A DNA stretch of 64,000 nucleotides from assembly GCA_965153455.1 (NCBI GenBank), contig OZ234493.1:2914001-2978000 (forward strand), read 5' to 3'. This document shows positions 25,159 through 38,320 of the stretch, piece by piece. Position 1 is the stretch's first letter, and every line of letters begins with the position of its first letter. Below the pieces are notes generated by a model. That model searched no databases. It was not told the origin of the DNA and was given only the letters and a program-made list of their open reading frames with translations. Source of the DNA: Sphagnum compactum (Eukaryota). A program made the translations under genes and the position numbers.

Positions 25159-27486
25159 ATTTTTAAGTAGTATGGCAATAGGGAATGCTAAGGAAAAACA
25201 AAAAATAACAAGGAATGATGAACTAATAGTAAGGAACTACAAGGGATGTTGTGAGAATGACAAGGTACAACGCGAAATAGTAAAGAGATGGTGGGTTAAT
25301 GACAAGGGACAATGGAAATGATAAGCTAATGACAAGATAAAATGAGGAGTGGTTGATTTATGATAGATTAATAATTATAGCATTTTATAAAGAAATTGGG
25401 AGTTGTATGAATGATGGAGGACAACAAGGTGTTAAGGTGGACACCATTGAGAGGAAAAAAAAAGTTTTTCTTGTTGAGAAACAAATTAATGATGGGGTAT
25501 TAGGAAGGATGATGGGGAATGTCAAGGGTGACAATGGGTAGAAATGGGAGGGATAGCCAGGGCACTAAAGGAGACATCAAAAAGGATCAAGATGGATGGC
25601 TAGGGCACCTGAATGGATGCTACCAACAAAATTAAAATTAAAATTAAAGTTTTTTTTTTGGGGAGTTTGGCAATGGACAAGTGATGGGGACAATGAACTG
25701 GATGATGAGAGGCATCATGGTGGATGTGGGAGGCACCAAGAAGGACCTCAAATACATACAAGGTAAGTTTGGACCTTTTTTTGGACCCAAAAAAAAGAGA
25801 GGCATATTTAGGTTTAAATATATGGATGTAATTTTTTTTAAATCAATTTAAAAGGATGCCGAACTAATGTAACAAGACATCCTTCTTGGCAACGCTAGCA
25901 ATTTTGGAACTCTTCATCCAACAAGAATTCCTGGAAAGTCTTATTTTTTCACAAAATCATTCTTGATTTATGGACACAATGTAGTTTTCAACTTTTCCAT
26001 CTAAGGAGTATTGTATCTTGGACCATAATTCCCAATCATTAGAAGAAACAAAAATGTAGCAAATTTTTTATCACCATCTTTACATCTTTATTTATAAATT
26101 CACAAAAAGACATTTTGTTAAACATTATAAATAAGTTGACTTCTTCCATAAGAAAAACTTAACATTGTAAATTTTCTATTAAATTCCACAAACTAAACAT
26201 GTGAAAAATTATGAATCACAAATTTTACTACAAATTTTGACACCCAATCTCCTTGCCATCCAAAATAACTTGAGTCCAATTCAATTACTTTTCCTTAAAT
26301 ATGTAAACAATTCCTAGACCTAATTGTGAGAGTTTGTGATGACATTTTTTTGCCTCTTGCATGAGGATGGGTAAAGCCCTCGGGTGGGTGACATTCCCAA
26401 AATGTAGGACTGGACTTGGGCTACGGACCTGGTATCCAAATCACATAGCAATTTGCGAAAGTGCAGAACAAAACAACCCAATTTCCGGGTTTGAATCCTC
26501 AACAGATTTGACTCATTAACAACAGTAGGAAATGCTGGCTGACTCTATTGTGTACTGCTCATCAATGGTTGGCCCAACCACTCCAATTTTGTGCAAAACC
26601 ATGCTCTCCATATGTAAGAGCAGTCCACAGTTTGAAGGTGTTCTTGACAATGACACAAGAGCCTTTTGTATCTTCAATAACATCCTGAGAAAACGACATA
26701 TGTACATATCAAACTTCCAACTATCATTCTGCAGCCTCATTTGCAAAATAAGAGTAAATACAACATAACCCTTCTCCTGGCCTAATATATACCTGAACAG
26801 GACTGACAATTACACCACACACACAAACTTGACGCCAGTCCAGATCTAACAACACAAGAGCTGGTCAAAACATTAGTAGAAAAGTGTTGTATTTATCTTG
26901 GATTGAATTGTGGCCTCAACATCATCATGTAAAACAGGAAAGTTGCTTCCTCCCAGGGATGCTAAAGAATAAACAAATTCTACCTCTACGATTACAAAGG
27001 CCCAAAATTAACAGTGGCAACAAAAGCCCACAACGCAAGGGGATTCTTAACTCTCTCGCACCAACCCCAAATTCTACATATACAGATTCTCTTCCTATTG
27101 TGCCATGCCAAAGACATACCGATTACATGCAAATTGCTGATATCCTCTCCTTTGAGATTTCAATCGTTACAAAAGCTTTGTCTTCAGCTCCTGTCAGGCT
27201 CATTTGTTGACAATTCAACCACACAAGAAAGAAAAGCTTTGATTTTGTCGTCATAGGGTCGGGTGTAGGAAGGGGGAGGGGATGATGGTTTCGAAGCAGC
27301 ATCTATCTTCTGCCAATGACACACACAAGTGTGCAAAAATTTAACTGTTTTTCTCCAAAAGTCACTGCATCTTAGTTTGTGCATGACATCAAAAGCAGTG
27401 TCAGAAAAAAAAAAACACCTGTTTTCCTGAGAACTGCATTGTGGACTCAGCTCGAATACCTTCCTCATTTGAGGATCGGCCCTGTG

Positions 27487-28221
27487 TCAGTAATCAAGAA
27501 AACCCGTTTGCCTGAGAACTGCAGTGCGGACTCGGCTCAGATCCCTTCCTTTGAGAGTCCGCCCTGCACCCTCAAAGACAGAGAAAGTTGTGGCTTGGCT
27601 CTTGGCATACTCCCGGGCAAGAAACTCATGTGGAGGAAGCATTTTTTCCTGTGCATCATCTTTTCCTTCCTCCACAGTGTCATCAACCCAAGCAACTGAC
27701 TTAGTATGCGCCCCCAGGATTTTAGACCAGTCGGGCACATTCACAGGAGCTGATTGATGCATCATCTGGCGTGAGGTAGTCTCTCGATGGGCACAGCCAG
27801 TTGGTGGTATCATCCTGGAAGCTGTGGCAATTCTTCCAGGGGTCACTTCTCGGCCGCCACTGCTGCCCATACTTTGATGCCCTGAAGAGTTTGCCGGTTT
27901 CAATGGTGAGAGAGATGAGAGTCCAAGGGTACGTCCTCCACCATCTGCAAAAGCTACAGACAAGCCCGGATCCTTCTCTAACCCTAACCATCTCTTCCCA
28001 TTGTTGAAGAACCTGAAGGATTCGCTGCTATCCGTCCTGTAACTTCCTCCGCTTCCTCCGTAGCTAGTATGTGACTCCGGCGTGTTCTCCTCTGGCCATT
28101 CCTGCGCATCCCATACATCTTCCTCCTTCAATTCATTCTCATCTCCGGAATTCAGGACGGTGGAGTGTACCGGGGACGAAGAGATGCCGAGAAGCTTTTC
28201 TGCCCTAGTTAATCTTGCCAT
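27487..28221 (-). CDS. Senescence regulator S40 family protein (DUF584)
   Basis: Single 244-aa ORF with ELKEEDVW, HQSAPVNVPDWSKIL, MLPPHEFLAR and TTFSVFEGAGRTLKGRDLSRVRTAVLRQTGFLD, the diagnostic S40 C-terminus. A probable 5'-UTR intron spans 28780..28534. Confidence 0.95.
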   Translation of the reverse strand: MARLTRAEKLLGISSSPVHSTVLNSGDENELKEEDVWDAQEWPEENTPESHTSYGGSGGSYRTDSSESFRFFNNGKRWLGLEKDPGLSVAFADGGGRTLGLSSLSPLKPANSSGHQSMGSSGGREVTPGRIATASRMIPPTGCAHRETTSRQMMHQSAPVNVPDWSKILGAHTKSVAWVDDTVEEGKDDAQEKMLPPHEFLAREYAKSQATTFSVFEGAGRTLKGRDLSRVRTAVLRQTGFLDY

Positions 28222-29040
28222 TTGTGTTCTTCACTACAGATCTCTTTTCTGGTCTGGTCTGGTCTTTTCCTCTGAATACAAACAGGAAACAAAGTCCTTA
28301 CACCATTGGATCTCTCTCTCTCTCTCTCTCTCTCAAAAAATCCAAAACAAAACCCTCGTTCAATCCATTCCCTTCAAGTACTTTGGCACGGAACAAAACT
28401 TGCAAGACGATGGAAGCCTGTTGTCCCTTCTTCTCCGAAAAATTTCTTCAGGTTTTCCTGATCTCTTGCACCACGACAAGCACTTCCGCTCTTCCACACA
28501 AACTTCGCCCACGGGCCCGCCAGCAGCAGCAACCTGGAATCGACAGCATATCATCAGCACATTTACTGACGCCTGATCGAAGCAACGCGAAAACAAGGAA
28601 AACAAAAAGCGGCTCAGCCACTCTAAAGGTGGACAAACGGAAGGGGGGAAATCCAAGTCAAAACAGGTGGCCACAAACTGTTTGCACAGCTTCTCCGACA
28701 AGCCGACAATCCATGAGAGCGCATGAATCCCTGTGGGTGGAGAGGTTAGGTGGGGTGGGTGAACGAAAGACTGAACGAACCTGACCGCTATTGAGCACCA
28801 AAAACGCAACCGAGAAGCTCGGAAGCTGCGGAAGAAGCTGCGGAAGAAGCTAGGAACCCCAGTTGAAGAAGCCGCGAGCGCGCGAGAGCGGAGATTGAAA
28901 GCGAGAAGAGAAAAACCTCGGGGCGGATATGGATGATGACGATGGCGATGGCGTTAGCCGGCAACAACAACAACAACAATGACACGCAGCAGCAACGAAA
29001 TTCCTCCATCCCCACACGGCGCTTTTCTCCCTTCCCATAT

Positions 29041-29417
29041 CCATCCACCTACCCACTCCAAGATTACAGTCTCAACTGAGAGCTCTCATGGACGATAAAC
29101 CCATGCATCATCATTATCATCATCCACATAGATGAGATATGGAGTCAATAATGATCCAAAAGACGGCGAAATAGTAAAAAGACCACGTTTACGCAGAATA
29201 TGGATGAATATATATTAAAAGTCTACCCTTCCCACACCCACCAACCCATCCACCCACAGCCTAGATTACAGTCTCAACTGAGAGCTCTCATGGACGATAA
29301 ACCCATGCATCATCATCCACACAGATGAGATGTGCAAAACAAATTAACAATCCAAAAAGACGACGAAATGGAAGAGACCACCCCTCTACGCAGAAAATGT
29401 GGATGAATATTTAAAAA
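29041..29417. repeat. Local tandem duplication (~202-bp period) upstream of the S40 gene
   Basis: A 54-bp identical core starts at 29061 and 29263, with diverged flanks. Confidence 0.9.
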
Positions 29418-29566
29418 CATGAAAAATTCAGGCAAAAGAAAGGCGGGGTCGTGAAGCATTTGGGGAAGGGTTTTTTTTTTAATGAATATTTTATTTAATT
29501 TAATTTAATTATTTATTCATAATAATTTTAAATTTCTTTTTTTTTCTTTTTTCTTTTTTGCGCCAA

Positions 29567-30290
29567 TTTTGTGAGGTAGGTGTGCAACATCATACACAAG
29601 AAGACTTAGCCAAAGATGGCGAAATTCAGACTTTTTTTTTCTTCAAAATATGGCGACTTGAGGTCATTTTTCCCAAGAAAAAAACCCTTTGTATGTACAA
29701 AGTTGCACAACATTTTATTTATTTTATTTTTAAAATTTTTTTTGGGGTCACACTTTTCTTGTGTCACTACTACTACAGTCCAAAAATTCACGACAACGAA
29801 TTTTTTTTTTTCAACGACAACGAATAAATTTTTTGTTGTTACATTCAGGGGAGTCAGGAATCGGGACCCATCGAGTTTTGTCACGGTCTAATCACTTTCA
29901 AGCAAAGCCGAAAGGCCGAGACATACATTGTGACCACCCCCCTTTCTATGAAAGAGCACGTATTCTTGGGGGGCCCGAGAGAGAGAGATCGGGTAGGCCG
30001 GGCATAAGGCTCATAGAGAATTACCGAACAACATAATGGGGGAAATTTTTATTACCTACTTTTATACAAAGCATCCATGAAGTCGTACACACAAGCTAGC
30101 CAGATTATTTTTTTAAAATAAAAAATTCTACCAATTGCCAGATTTTTATTTATTAGTTCCAGTAGGTAGCCAAAAATATAGAAAAAGATTTTGGATTTTT
30201 TCCAACTTCCATATTAGTTACATGTGGCCAAATTTTTTGGCTAAATTCGCTTTCAAGATGATAGCCACCGTGGCTACATCACAAAATAGA
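29567..30290. repeat. Two fragments of a dispersed repeat (family D), at ~29567-29720 (+) and ~30130-30290 (-)
   Basis: Motifs TTTTGTGA.GTAG...TTAGCCAAA, and their reverse complement TTTGGCTAAA...GGCTACATCACAAAAT, are shared with copies at 59903, 60547 and 63137. Confidence 0.6.
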
Positions 30291-33226
30291 AAATAGAAAA
30301 ACCCTACCCCAAACTCATAAACAATTTAATTTAATTTTGTTAGTTTGTCTTGGTCCCATCCCAACGTTCACATGCCCATTTTTTGGTGAGAATTAAAAAA
30401 ATCTCACCTTAGGTTTGCATTCTAATACCAAAACCCAAAAAAAAATTTGATTTTCCACCGTCAATACAACATCACAAACGTATGATTGTGTTAATTATAT
30501 TGGAATTTTTTTAATAATTTTTTTTTAAATTCATGTATTTACATTGGAGATTTCAAAATTAAAAAATTAAAGACATGTGAAATTGATTATATATATGTTT
30601 AAATGTGGAATTTGTTTTATGAAATTTAAAGTTTAATTAATTTTAGATATGTTTGAATTTATGGCCCAAATCCAAACATTAATTTAATTAATGTAAATTT
30701 TTGACATTTGAAAAAATATATACAATTAAATCAATGAAAAATATAATAATAATGAAAATATAAAAACCAATGATAAACCAACATTATTTGGTTGCCAAGT
30801 TAAACTCCCTATAATACCTAGCTATATTGTGGCTTGATTTATAGAGGTGGTTAAATTTTTTTCACATTGACATGCTTGGGGGGAGTATGTTTTGGGGTTT
30901 GCTTATTAATCTTTTAAGGGTTAAGAACTTTATATAAACCATGATCCCTAACTATAGTAAAGGGATAGTAGTTGGAATTTTGAGGGAAGGCATCTACAAT
31001 TGAAATCTACTTACTTAATTAAAATAAAATGGAAATTTCAAAGAAAGTAAAGATGAAAAGAGACATCAAATTATTTATGTCACATAACATTTATTTATAA
31101 TATGAACAAGACTCAAAGCCAAAAACATGATATTCAAAGGTGTCCTCATCTCTTCTCCTTACATCACATTAATGCTTATAAAATAATTTTTATGACATTG
31201 AGACTTCCATAAGGGCCATTTTCGGTATACTATCACATCCATATTTACAAACAATTGGATACATTTGTGATAAATTTGTAAATATGTAGAACTAATTGTC
31301 AATGACAATCTAACCTTGAAAGGTCTAAGAATTTCATATCATGACACAATGATATATCATATCATGATCAAAACATTAAGGAATCAAAGTTGAACACCTC
31401 AAAACTCAATCCTAAAACATGGCTTAATCCTCAACATATCCACATGCAATAAATAACCAAAGGTATGGACTAAATCTTTAGTGACCTACTATATTTTACA
31501 TATCTTAATATCACTTATTTACTTTATGGGCACTCCACATGTTATATGCTAACATTACTTCTAATACATTCCCAAGTAGTTTTGGATGACCCTTTTCTTT
31601 CACAAGATGTAAATTTAGTCTTTTGTCTATGTATAAATCAATGTTAGGAAATTAAAAATATTCAGTAAGTTCTCCAAATGAAAATTGCAATCGATTTTGG
31701 TTAGGTTTAAGGGTATTTCGATTGAAGCTTCAAAATTTGTTGATTCTTTTTTTGAATTTGGACCATGTTTATTGGCCTCTTGTTGAAATTGAAATCCAAT
31801 TTACTGAGCAACTATCCTTTTCAAATAGACTTAAATTCTTTAGCTATATATTAATACAAGTTTTTAACAAAATAACAATCAAGCGATTTTTTAGGTAAAT
31901 TATTTATTTTAATTGGGTGTACAATATAACTCAATTAATACATAATCTTTATATTGCGTGTTGTGTAATATTTGCAAAAACATAATGCGACAAATTTTTA
32001 GTTCTAACTGGGTGAAATGTAAAGAAAACTAAACCCAAACTTTAACTGAGCAAAATTTTAATTTTTTTGGGAAAATTCCATAATCATTTTTTTAGCAAAT
32101 CTACCCCTCGCCCCCCCCCCCCCTTGGGTAGTTGTTGTTTTTACCTTAATCATGTCTTATTGTCAGAATAATTTATTGTTTTCCCACCCCTTTGTGTATA
32201 AGGAAAAAGAAAATTATATTAGGGTTACCAAGTTTGTATTACACTTGAAAATACATTTGTTGGGTTGTCAACAAAGAGAATGATCTTGACAAAGAAGAGG
32301 TAGAAGATAAATATTTTTTTGAAAAACATGAATTCAAGGGAGGATTATAAGTGTGAAGATGTTCTACACTCGCAAGAATTCCTCGAAAAAGCACCCCAGG
32401 TCCCTTCCAAATCTCTTCCCAAATCCTCTCTTCTTCCATTACTCTGTTGGGCAAACTCCAAATCTATCTTCCATCTTTTTCTTGGCTATGGATCATCATC
32501 ATCATCATCAAGAGCTGCCGTTGGGTTTTACATTGAGCATAGTGCTTCCAGCAATAGAGCTTCATCAAACAAGACCACCTTCATGAGAGAAAAACCTCAC
32601 TGAATGTGAAGATTTCTACTGCTGAAGCTTCCTAGAATGCAAAAACCCTTCAACCTTCTTTTACTTTGGAACTTTGGGAGGAAATGCAATTTATTGATGG
32701 TTTTCATGTGCTTTTAGATTTTTGGTGTTGCAATGTAAAACTTTAGGCCCCACACACAAAATGGAAACACGAGATTTGACATCAAATCAAATCACATCTC
32801 ATTTTTTTCTTTTTAATGGAATTTATATATAACATCTAGATGTTCTATTATAACATCTAATATGAGACTTTGAAACCAGACTTTGGAATTAAATTCCCTA
32901 GATGTGAAAAAGTCAAAACCTAATTCATATTGAAATAGAATCCAACAACAAATTATTGTAAAAAACTATTCCATAATGAATACCTAACATGGTGAGTAAC
33001 CCCAATTTCATGAATTTATATGGAGGAGTGTTTAGCACAAGCCAATTGTTGTCAACATGGTTTGTTGCAAAGATTTTATTAAGTTTGCAAGTTGCAACCA
33101 AACATTCCATTTAAAAGAAAATATTCGGCAGATTAAAAGTTTCACATAATGTGGATTATAAAAAATGTTTAACTATTCAAACCATTCTTGTGGGATAGTT
33201 AAGCTTAGATTGTTATTGACCATTAG

Positions 33227-34120
33227 TGTCGCAACCCTAACCTTGGGCTCACGACCAAGGTGAGGGTTTGCAAAGGTGTGGGCCAATAGTGAAGCCCGAG
33301 AGTCACATTTCATGCTGCCAAGAGTGTAGGAGAGTGTGAGGGAATGAACCTCCACACTCCCAAGTGAACTCCCACTTTGGGAGCTAGAGTCCTGATGGAT
33401 TCCCAAATTTTCAGGGAACAATTGCAGGGGTCAAAACTCATTGGATTGAAAAAAATTCATATCATTGAAAAGCTTTTGAAACATAGATGTCTAAACTGGG
33501 CTTGCATGATCCATTTGGGTACTTAAAACACAAGTTATGGCCAAAAGAAGGGTCGGGAGTCAAACTGCCAATTTGACTCCCGACCACTAAAAGTCAAGAA
33601 TTGCCCTGATTTACTTGCGTGCAGATGGTGTGTCACATATAATTGGAAACCTCTCGATGAAGGCTACAACTTTACTTTAAACCTCACATCAATCGGAGAT
33701 CTACACAAAAAATTATGGGCCTCCAAAATTGCAAAAGTCCTAATTCGAAAATTTCGGGACAAAATGACATTTGGGTGCTGGCCCCGTGACCAGGCACAAA
33801 GAATACTATAAGGGGGAAGGTGGTGCCTTCCCCCAAGTTCAGGCCATGGTGAGTCTTGTGAGTATGTGTTTGCTCGTGGTTCGTCCATGCACCAAAAGTG
33901 TTTCAACTATGCATTAACCAACTTGTTGTTTGGTTTATGCAGGTCTGTGTGAATAATTGACACGCATGTCACTCGTCTTAGTCCCCATCCCGGAGCTCCA
34001 AGACGCCCCTTTACCCCCGAAGTGTTGCGAGGCAAAGAATGTACCCCAACTCCTTATCCTTTCGTTGTTTTCACCTTTGGATTCGCAATTGAATTTATCA
34101 AGGAATTTGGGGGTGCGTCA
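33227..34120. mobile_element. Solo LTR (family L2, 894 bp)
   Basis: TGTCGCA...TGCGTCA termini, flanked by the 5-bp near-duplication ATTAG/ATTGG. GC content is higher than the flanks and there is no credible ORF. Confidence 0.82.
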
Positions 34121-36279
34121 ATTGGGACTTGTATATTTCCTTATAGGTAGGTAGGAAGGTGGTATATCTTTCAAGTTGGCATTCCCTAGGTAATTGATAT
34201 TCCTTTACTAGTTAAAATTAAGGCACTCACATCATTTATTAATAGATAAATGGATTTTCTTTTCTTTCTTTGGAAAAATTTCTAACATTCAATTTTCATG
34301 CAATTTTTTTTTAAGTTTCTCACGATACTTTAATGATGAGATCTAAAATATTTGGCATCTTCTCCATAAGCATATGTATGGATCTTCACAATGATCTTGA
34401 AAGGTGCAGAATCACCCATTGTCATTCCTTACACAATGGTGATCACAATGTCATCATCCACTTTCTTACTAATAAGTTTGTAGGTGCTCCTTATCACATA
34501 ACATGAAGTTGCATCTTTCTCTTTCACCAATGACACACAATAAGCAAGGTCAAGGAGAAGGAAGGAGTTGTTTTTTTTTTTTTTAATAGTTTGAAAGCTG
34601 AGGATTTTCAAAATAAGGATTGAAAGTAAGATTTATTATGCCTTGTCATTTTGCATCCCCTTTTTCTATCCCCTTCTCATTTGTTTAAAGTTTTCTTGCA
34701 TGTTCTCAAAGCTTGGCAAGGATGTCCCTATGTTACAAGACACATGCAATTTTTCTTTGTTAATTTTGTTCCAAACTTGGGATAGAAGCATTACGAGAAC
34801 TCCTTCTAGGCACGTATAGGGTGTGTTGAATGGATAAGCCTTCGAATTAATTAAGTGAAATTGCTTGAAGAACTTGTAAACTAGGGCATGAATTCTTTTG
34901 GATAGATATAGGGGGTGAAGAATGGAGGTAGGTTACATTTATACTTTTGGGTAGATATATAGGGGTTGGAGAGTGGAGGTAGGCTAAATGAATAAGTATT
35001 TGAATTAATTATGTGAATTTGCTTGAAGAACATGTAAATTAGGGCATGAATTCTTTTGAGTGGGTATAAGGTGTGAAAAATAGAAAACATAATTGGTGTT
35101 TCCCACTATTAATTCACATAATTACAATGTTTCCCACCATGAATTCGCATCACAAGTGGAATTGATGGAAACAAAAGTGGAATCGATAGTTGATTATGGA
35201 TCCTATGGAAGCAAAGAATGTTAAACCATACCTGAATAAAACACCAAATCAAGTTTTGTATTATGGAACAAACATGAAAGGTCAAGTTCCACCCGGGAAC
35301 ACATCAAGTTTAATAGAGCAAATGTTGTTTTGTTAGGTGGAAAGGGGCGCTACCAAGGCTTGTTCCAAACCTTAACAAGTGTTCCCCATTGTGGACTCCC
35401 TTAACTACAATGTTCCCCACTATCAATATTCATCACAAGTGGAATTCGAAAACCTAAACACATAACCAGCAAATGGACCAATTTGTCCCAACTTGGAAAA
35501 AGTCTAAAAGAAGTAAGGTTTAAGAACCCTAAACCTTACCTAAAAAATAAGACACCAAAATTGGTTGTATGGCCTTGAAACAATAGGATGGGGTCTAGCC
35601 TCTATGGCCATTATAAGTCACATTTTGGAAGAAAGTTTAGCAACGTCAACACTAGTTATATTATTTTCAAAAAAGTAAACATTTTTAGGAATTTAAAAAA
35701 TAAAAATATTTTTTGTGTGAAGGAGGATTAAAAAATATATAAGAATTTTTAAATATTTTATTTTTCACAATGGAATTTTCAAAATAAAATTATTATTCGA
35801 CACTTACATGTTGAACTTGCCATGGTACTACTGCAACATGTCCAAAATAGCAGGGTTATTTGCTTATAAATTATGGTCACATAAACAATTAAAATTCCAT
35901 CACCTTCATTGGATTGCCTAGTAATGTTTTTGCCCATAACATTATATAATTATTCATCTAGTTACTTGTGATTTGTAAAACAATGTCTAGGGATCCTTGG
36001 GTATCATCATTGGATTGACCATTACATAGTGGGCAATGGGTGGCTAGCTACCATAGTGAAACCAACAACACCCACTAGCACATCATGAAAGATGGTTGGG
36101 AACTTATCACACAACAATTTTCTATTGGGTTATATTTCCTTAACCAATTACCATGGTGGTTAGTTCAATTGTTTCTTTTACTACCTACTAACTAACAACC
36201 TGCACACTTGGTGTGGGTTGTTAGTAGGTAGGTAGTAAAAATAACCCTTACCTATGTATATACTATAAACCATGCCTAT

Positions 36280-37373
36280 TGTTAACATGTAAAAATCTAT
36301 AGACTAGTTAATTCTATAGGCGCTTCCTAATAATTAATAGTTACTAGTGGTAGACTTACCATCCCTTATTAAAGGGGTGAAGCTACTGGGATTAAGTAGC
36401 TTGAGTTAGGAAATGGTTGCGAGGTAATCCACCCAATCATTTGGGAGATTTCTAGAAAGGAATTAGGACAAAGGCCTTATTTTATAAGGGTTAATGTGGG
36501 CTTTGTGTGGTTTGTGGAGAAGGAAGATTAAAGAAAGTGTTGGGGGATTTATATGGCATTTGATACTTTTGTAGTGTGTGTGAGGAATGGAGGAATGTGT
36601 ATACACTTTGTGTGTGATTTTAATGGAAGATGGTTGAAAGACTTGAATATCTTATGTTGTGTCTCTATTCCACTAGCAAGTGTGGAAAGTAGGTCAATTG
36701 GAAATTGTACAATTAAGTTTGTTCCTTTGAAATGGTAGTCTACATTGTTTTTAGAATAGAGAGCAAGAGGCACACCATTTAATAACATTTGGAAAGGTAA
36801 GTGGTTGGTTGCCACATGAAGGTAGCAACCCATATCGGGGGTAGAAATCAAAGTGAGAAAACTAATAGGTAGCCATTTGTAGGTTGAACATGCGATAAGC
36901 ATTGGCTATGAGGGAATACAACAATTGTAAACGATAAATAACAGTGTGAAAGCTCTCTTGAATAGCTGCAGGCGACAATAAAAGGCCTATAGTCATGGAA
37001 ATGGAATAGTGGTTGTAAAAGGTCTGCAGACCCCAATAAAACAACATCGGGGGAGTTGAAGGTATTGTAGAACCTTGGAAAGTAGCTAAGTTATCATATT
37101 CTACTTCTTTTCATGTTGTCCTTTTCTACTTTCTTCCCTTGCCTCCTTGGATTAAACTATTTATAAGAAGGTAGGTCTATACTTAAACAACAAACCTTTT
37201 ACCTTCCTCCTTTGTTCTTTGTATAACTTTTTACTTATTACTTGAATAGTGTAATAAAGTAAGCTAGTGAGGGTAGTTTCTTTTTGATGAGTAATAAAAC
37301 ATTGACCTTGCCCCCTCGATCTTACCTCCTGGGAAACGGCAATGATTGAGGGTCGCAATTTCACCCCTTAACA
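36280..37373. mobile_element. Solo LTR (family L1, 1094 bp)
   Basis: TGTTAA...TTAACA termini with a 5-bp TSD CCTAT/CCTAC (one transition). Homologous to 23907..25158. Confidence 0.82.
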
Positions 37374-37420
37374 CCTACTTACCTAATAGTCACCTATTTT
37401 CTTACCTATCTACTTACATA

Positions 37421-37722
37421 TCATATATATTAATTCAGACAGTCCGTCTGTCTGTGACGGAGGTTTTGGGGGGTGGGGGAGGGAGAGGCCGGTGAAACAG
37501 CGGGTGACAGGTGACGAAGCGGGGGGGGCCAGCACGGGGCGGGAAGTTAATTATATATAACAGGGGAACGGGGGGGGGGATCAACGGGTTAAAGAATCGG
37601 AGTGGAAAATGCGAAGGACGGGGGGGCGGGGGGGTCGACGGGGTAAAGAACCGGAGTGGGCAATGGGAAGGACCGGGCGGGGGGGAGCTCGACGGGTGCA
37701 TTATGCACCGGGTTCACACTAG
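37421..37722 (+). mobile_element. Non-autonomous Helitron (302 bp, subfamily A)
   Basis: A|TCATATATATTAATTCAG, a (GTCY)n tract, a G-rich body, the GGTGCATTATGCACC hairpin and CTAG|T. Confidence 0.88.
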
Positions 37723-37954
37723 TAGGACCTACTTCTTACATAATGGGTTACCCAAGTTGACATTTTAAAATTCTAAACCCTATTTTAGTTGAAACTTTTT
37801 TAGTCTAAAGTAAAGCCCCGTGTGGGTACCTTCCCAAAATGACAGGCCTAGGACTAAGCTTTTAATGCCCCCCACCCCACCACCTTGCCCTTACCGATTG
37901 TAAAGCATGAGGCAAACCTTTTCATAACCCTAAAGATGCTTATATCAAAATATC

Positions 37955-38320
37955 ATAGGAGTGGGTTGGATCTTACACCTAACTACTAGTGTAAGTCACT
38001 CTCATTCTTAGATAGTAGGTGTTAAATATGTGCTCATTTATACAATGGATATTAAGGGATATAAGGTTCCTCCAAATACACTAGGAACTAAGTTATCTCT
38101 AAATGCTCGAAATACACTCAGAGATAACTTATTTCTTAGTGTACTTCAGACAAGTGCAGTGCATTTCTTTTATATCCATGAATATCCCTCCTAGGAAGGA
38201 AGGATCTTACACCTACTATTAAGGAGTACAAAGGATATTGTGCCTATACTAATATCCTTAACAAGATCCCCTTTCCTAAACAATAGGCATAAGATAGCCC
38301 CCACTACTATTTAGGGTTTA
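37955..38320. repeat. Foldback/MITE-like inverted repeat
   Basis: Core stem 38077..38100 pairs with 38120..38143 (22/24). Outer pairs include ATGGATA/TATCCAT and TAGTAGGTGT/ACACCTACTA. Related TAGGCRTAAGAT motifs occur at ~17450 and ~18430. Confidence 0.65.

Larger units (their letters stand above)
36053..37760. mobile_element. Degenerate family-H host element with a nested solo LTR and a nested Helitron
   Basis: Sequence on both sides of the two insertions aligns by eye with 9475..10290: terminus AGTGAAACCAACAACACCC, hairpin TTTTACTACCTAC...GTAGGTAGTAAAA, CCCTTACCTATGT, ACCTATCTAC, GGTTACC.AAGT. Confidence 0.7.

Noticed and set aside
32319..32603. 94-aa ORF and overlapping His-tract frame
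   Set aside because: No family motif or supporting exon structure was recognised. It may be a gene fragment, but I cannot support that.
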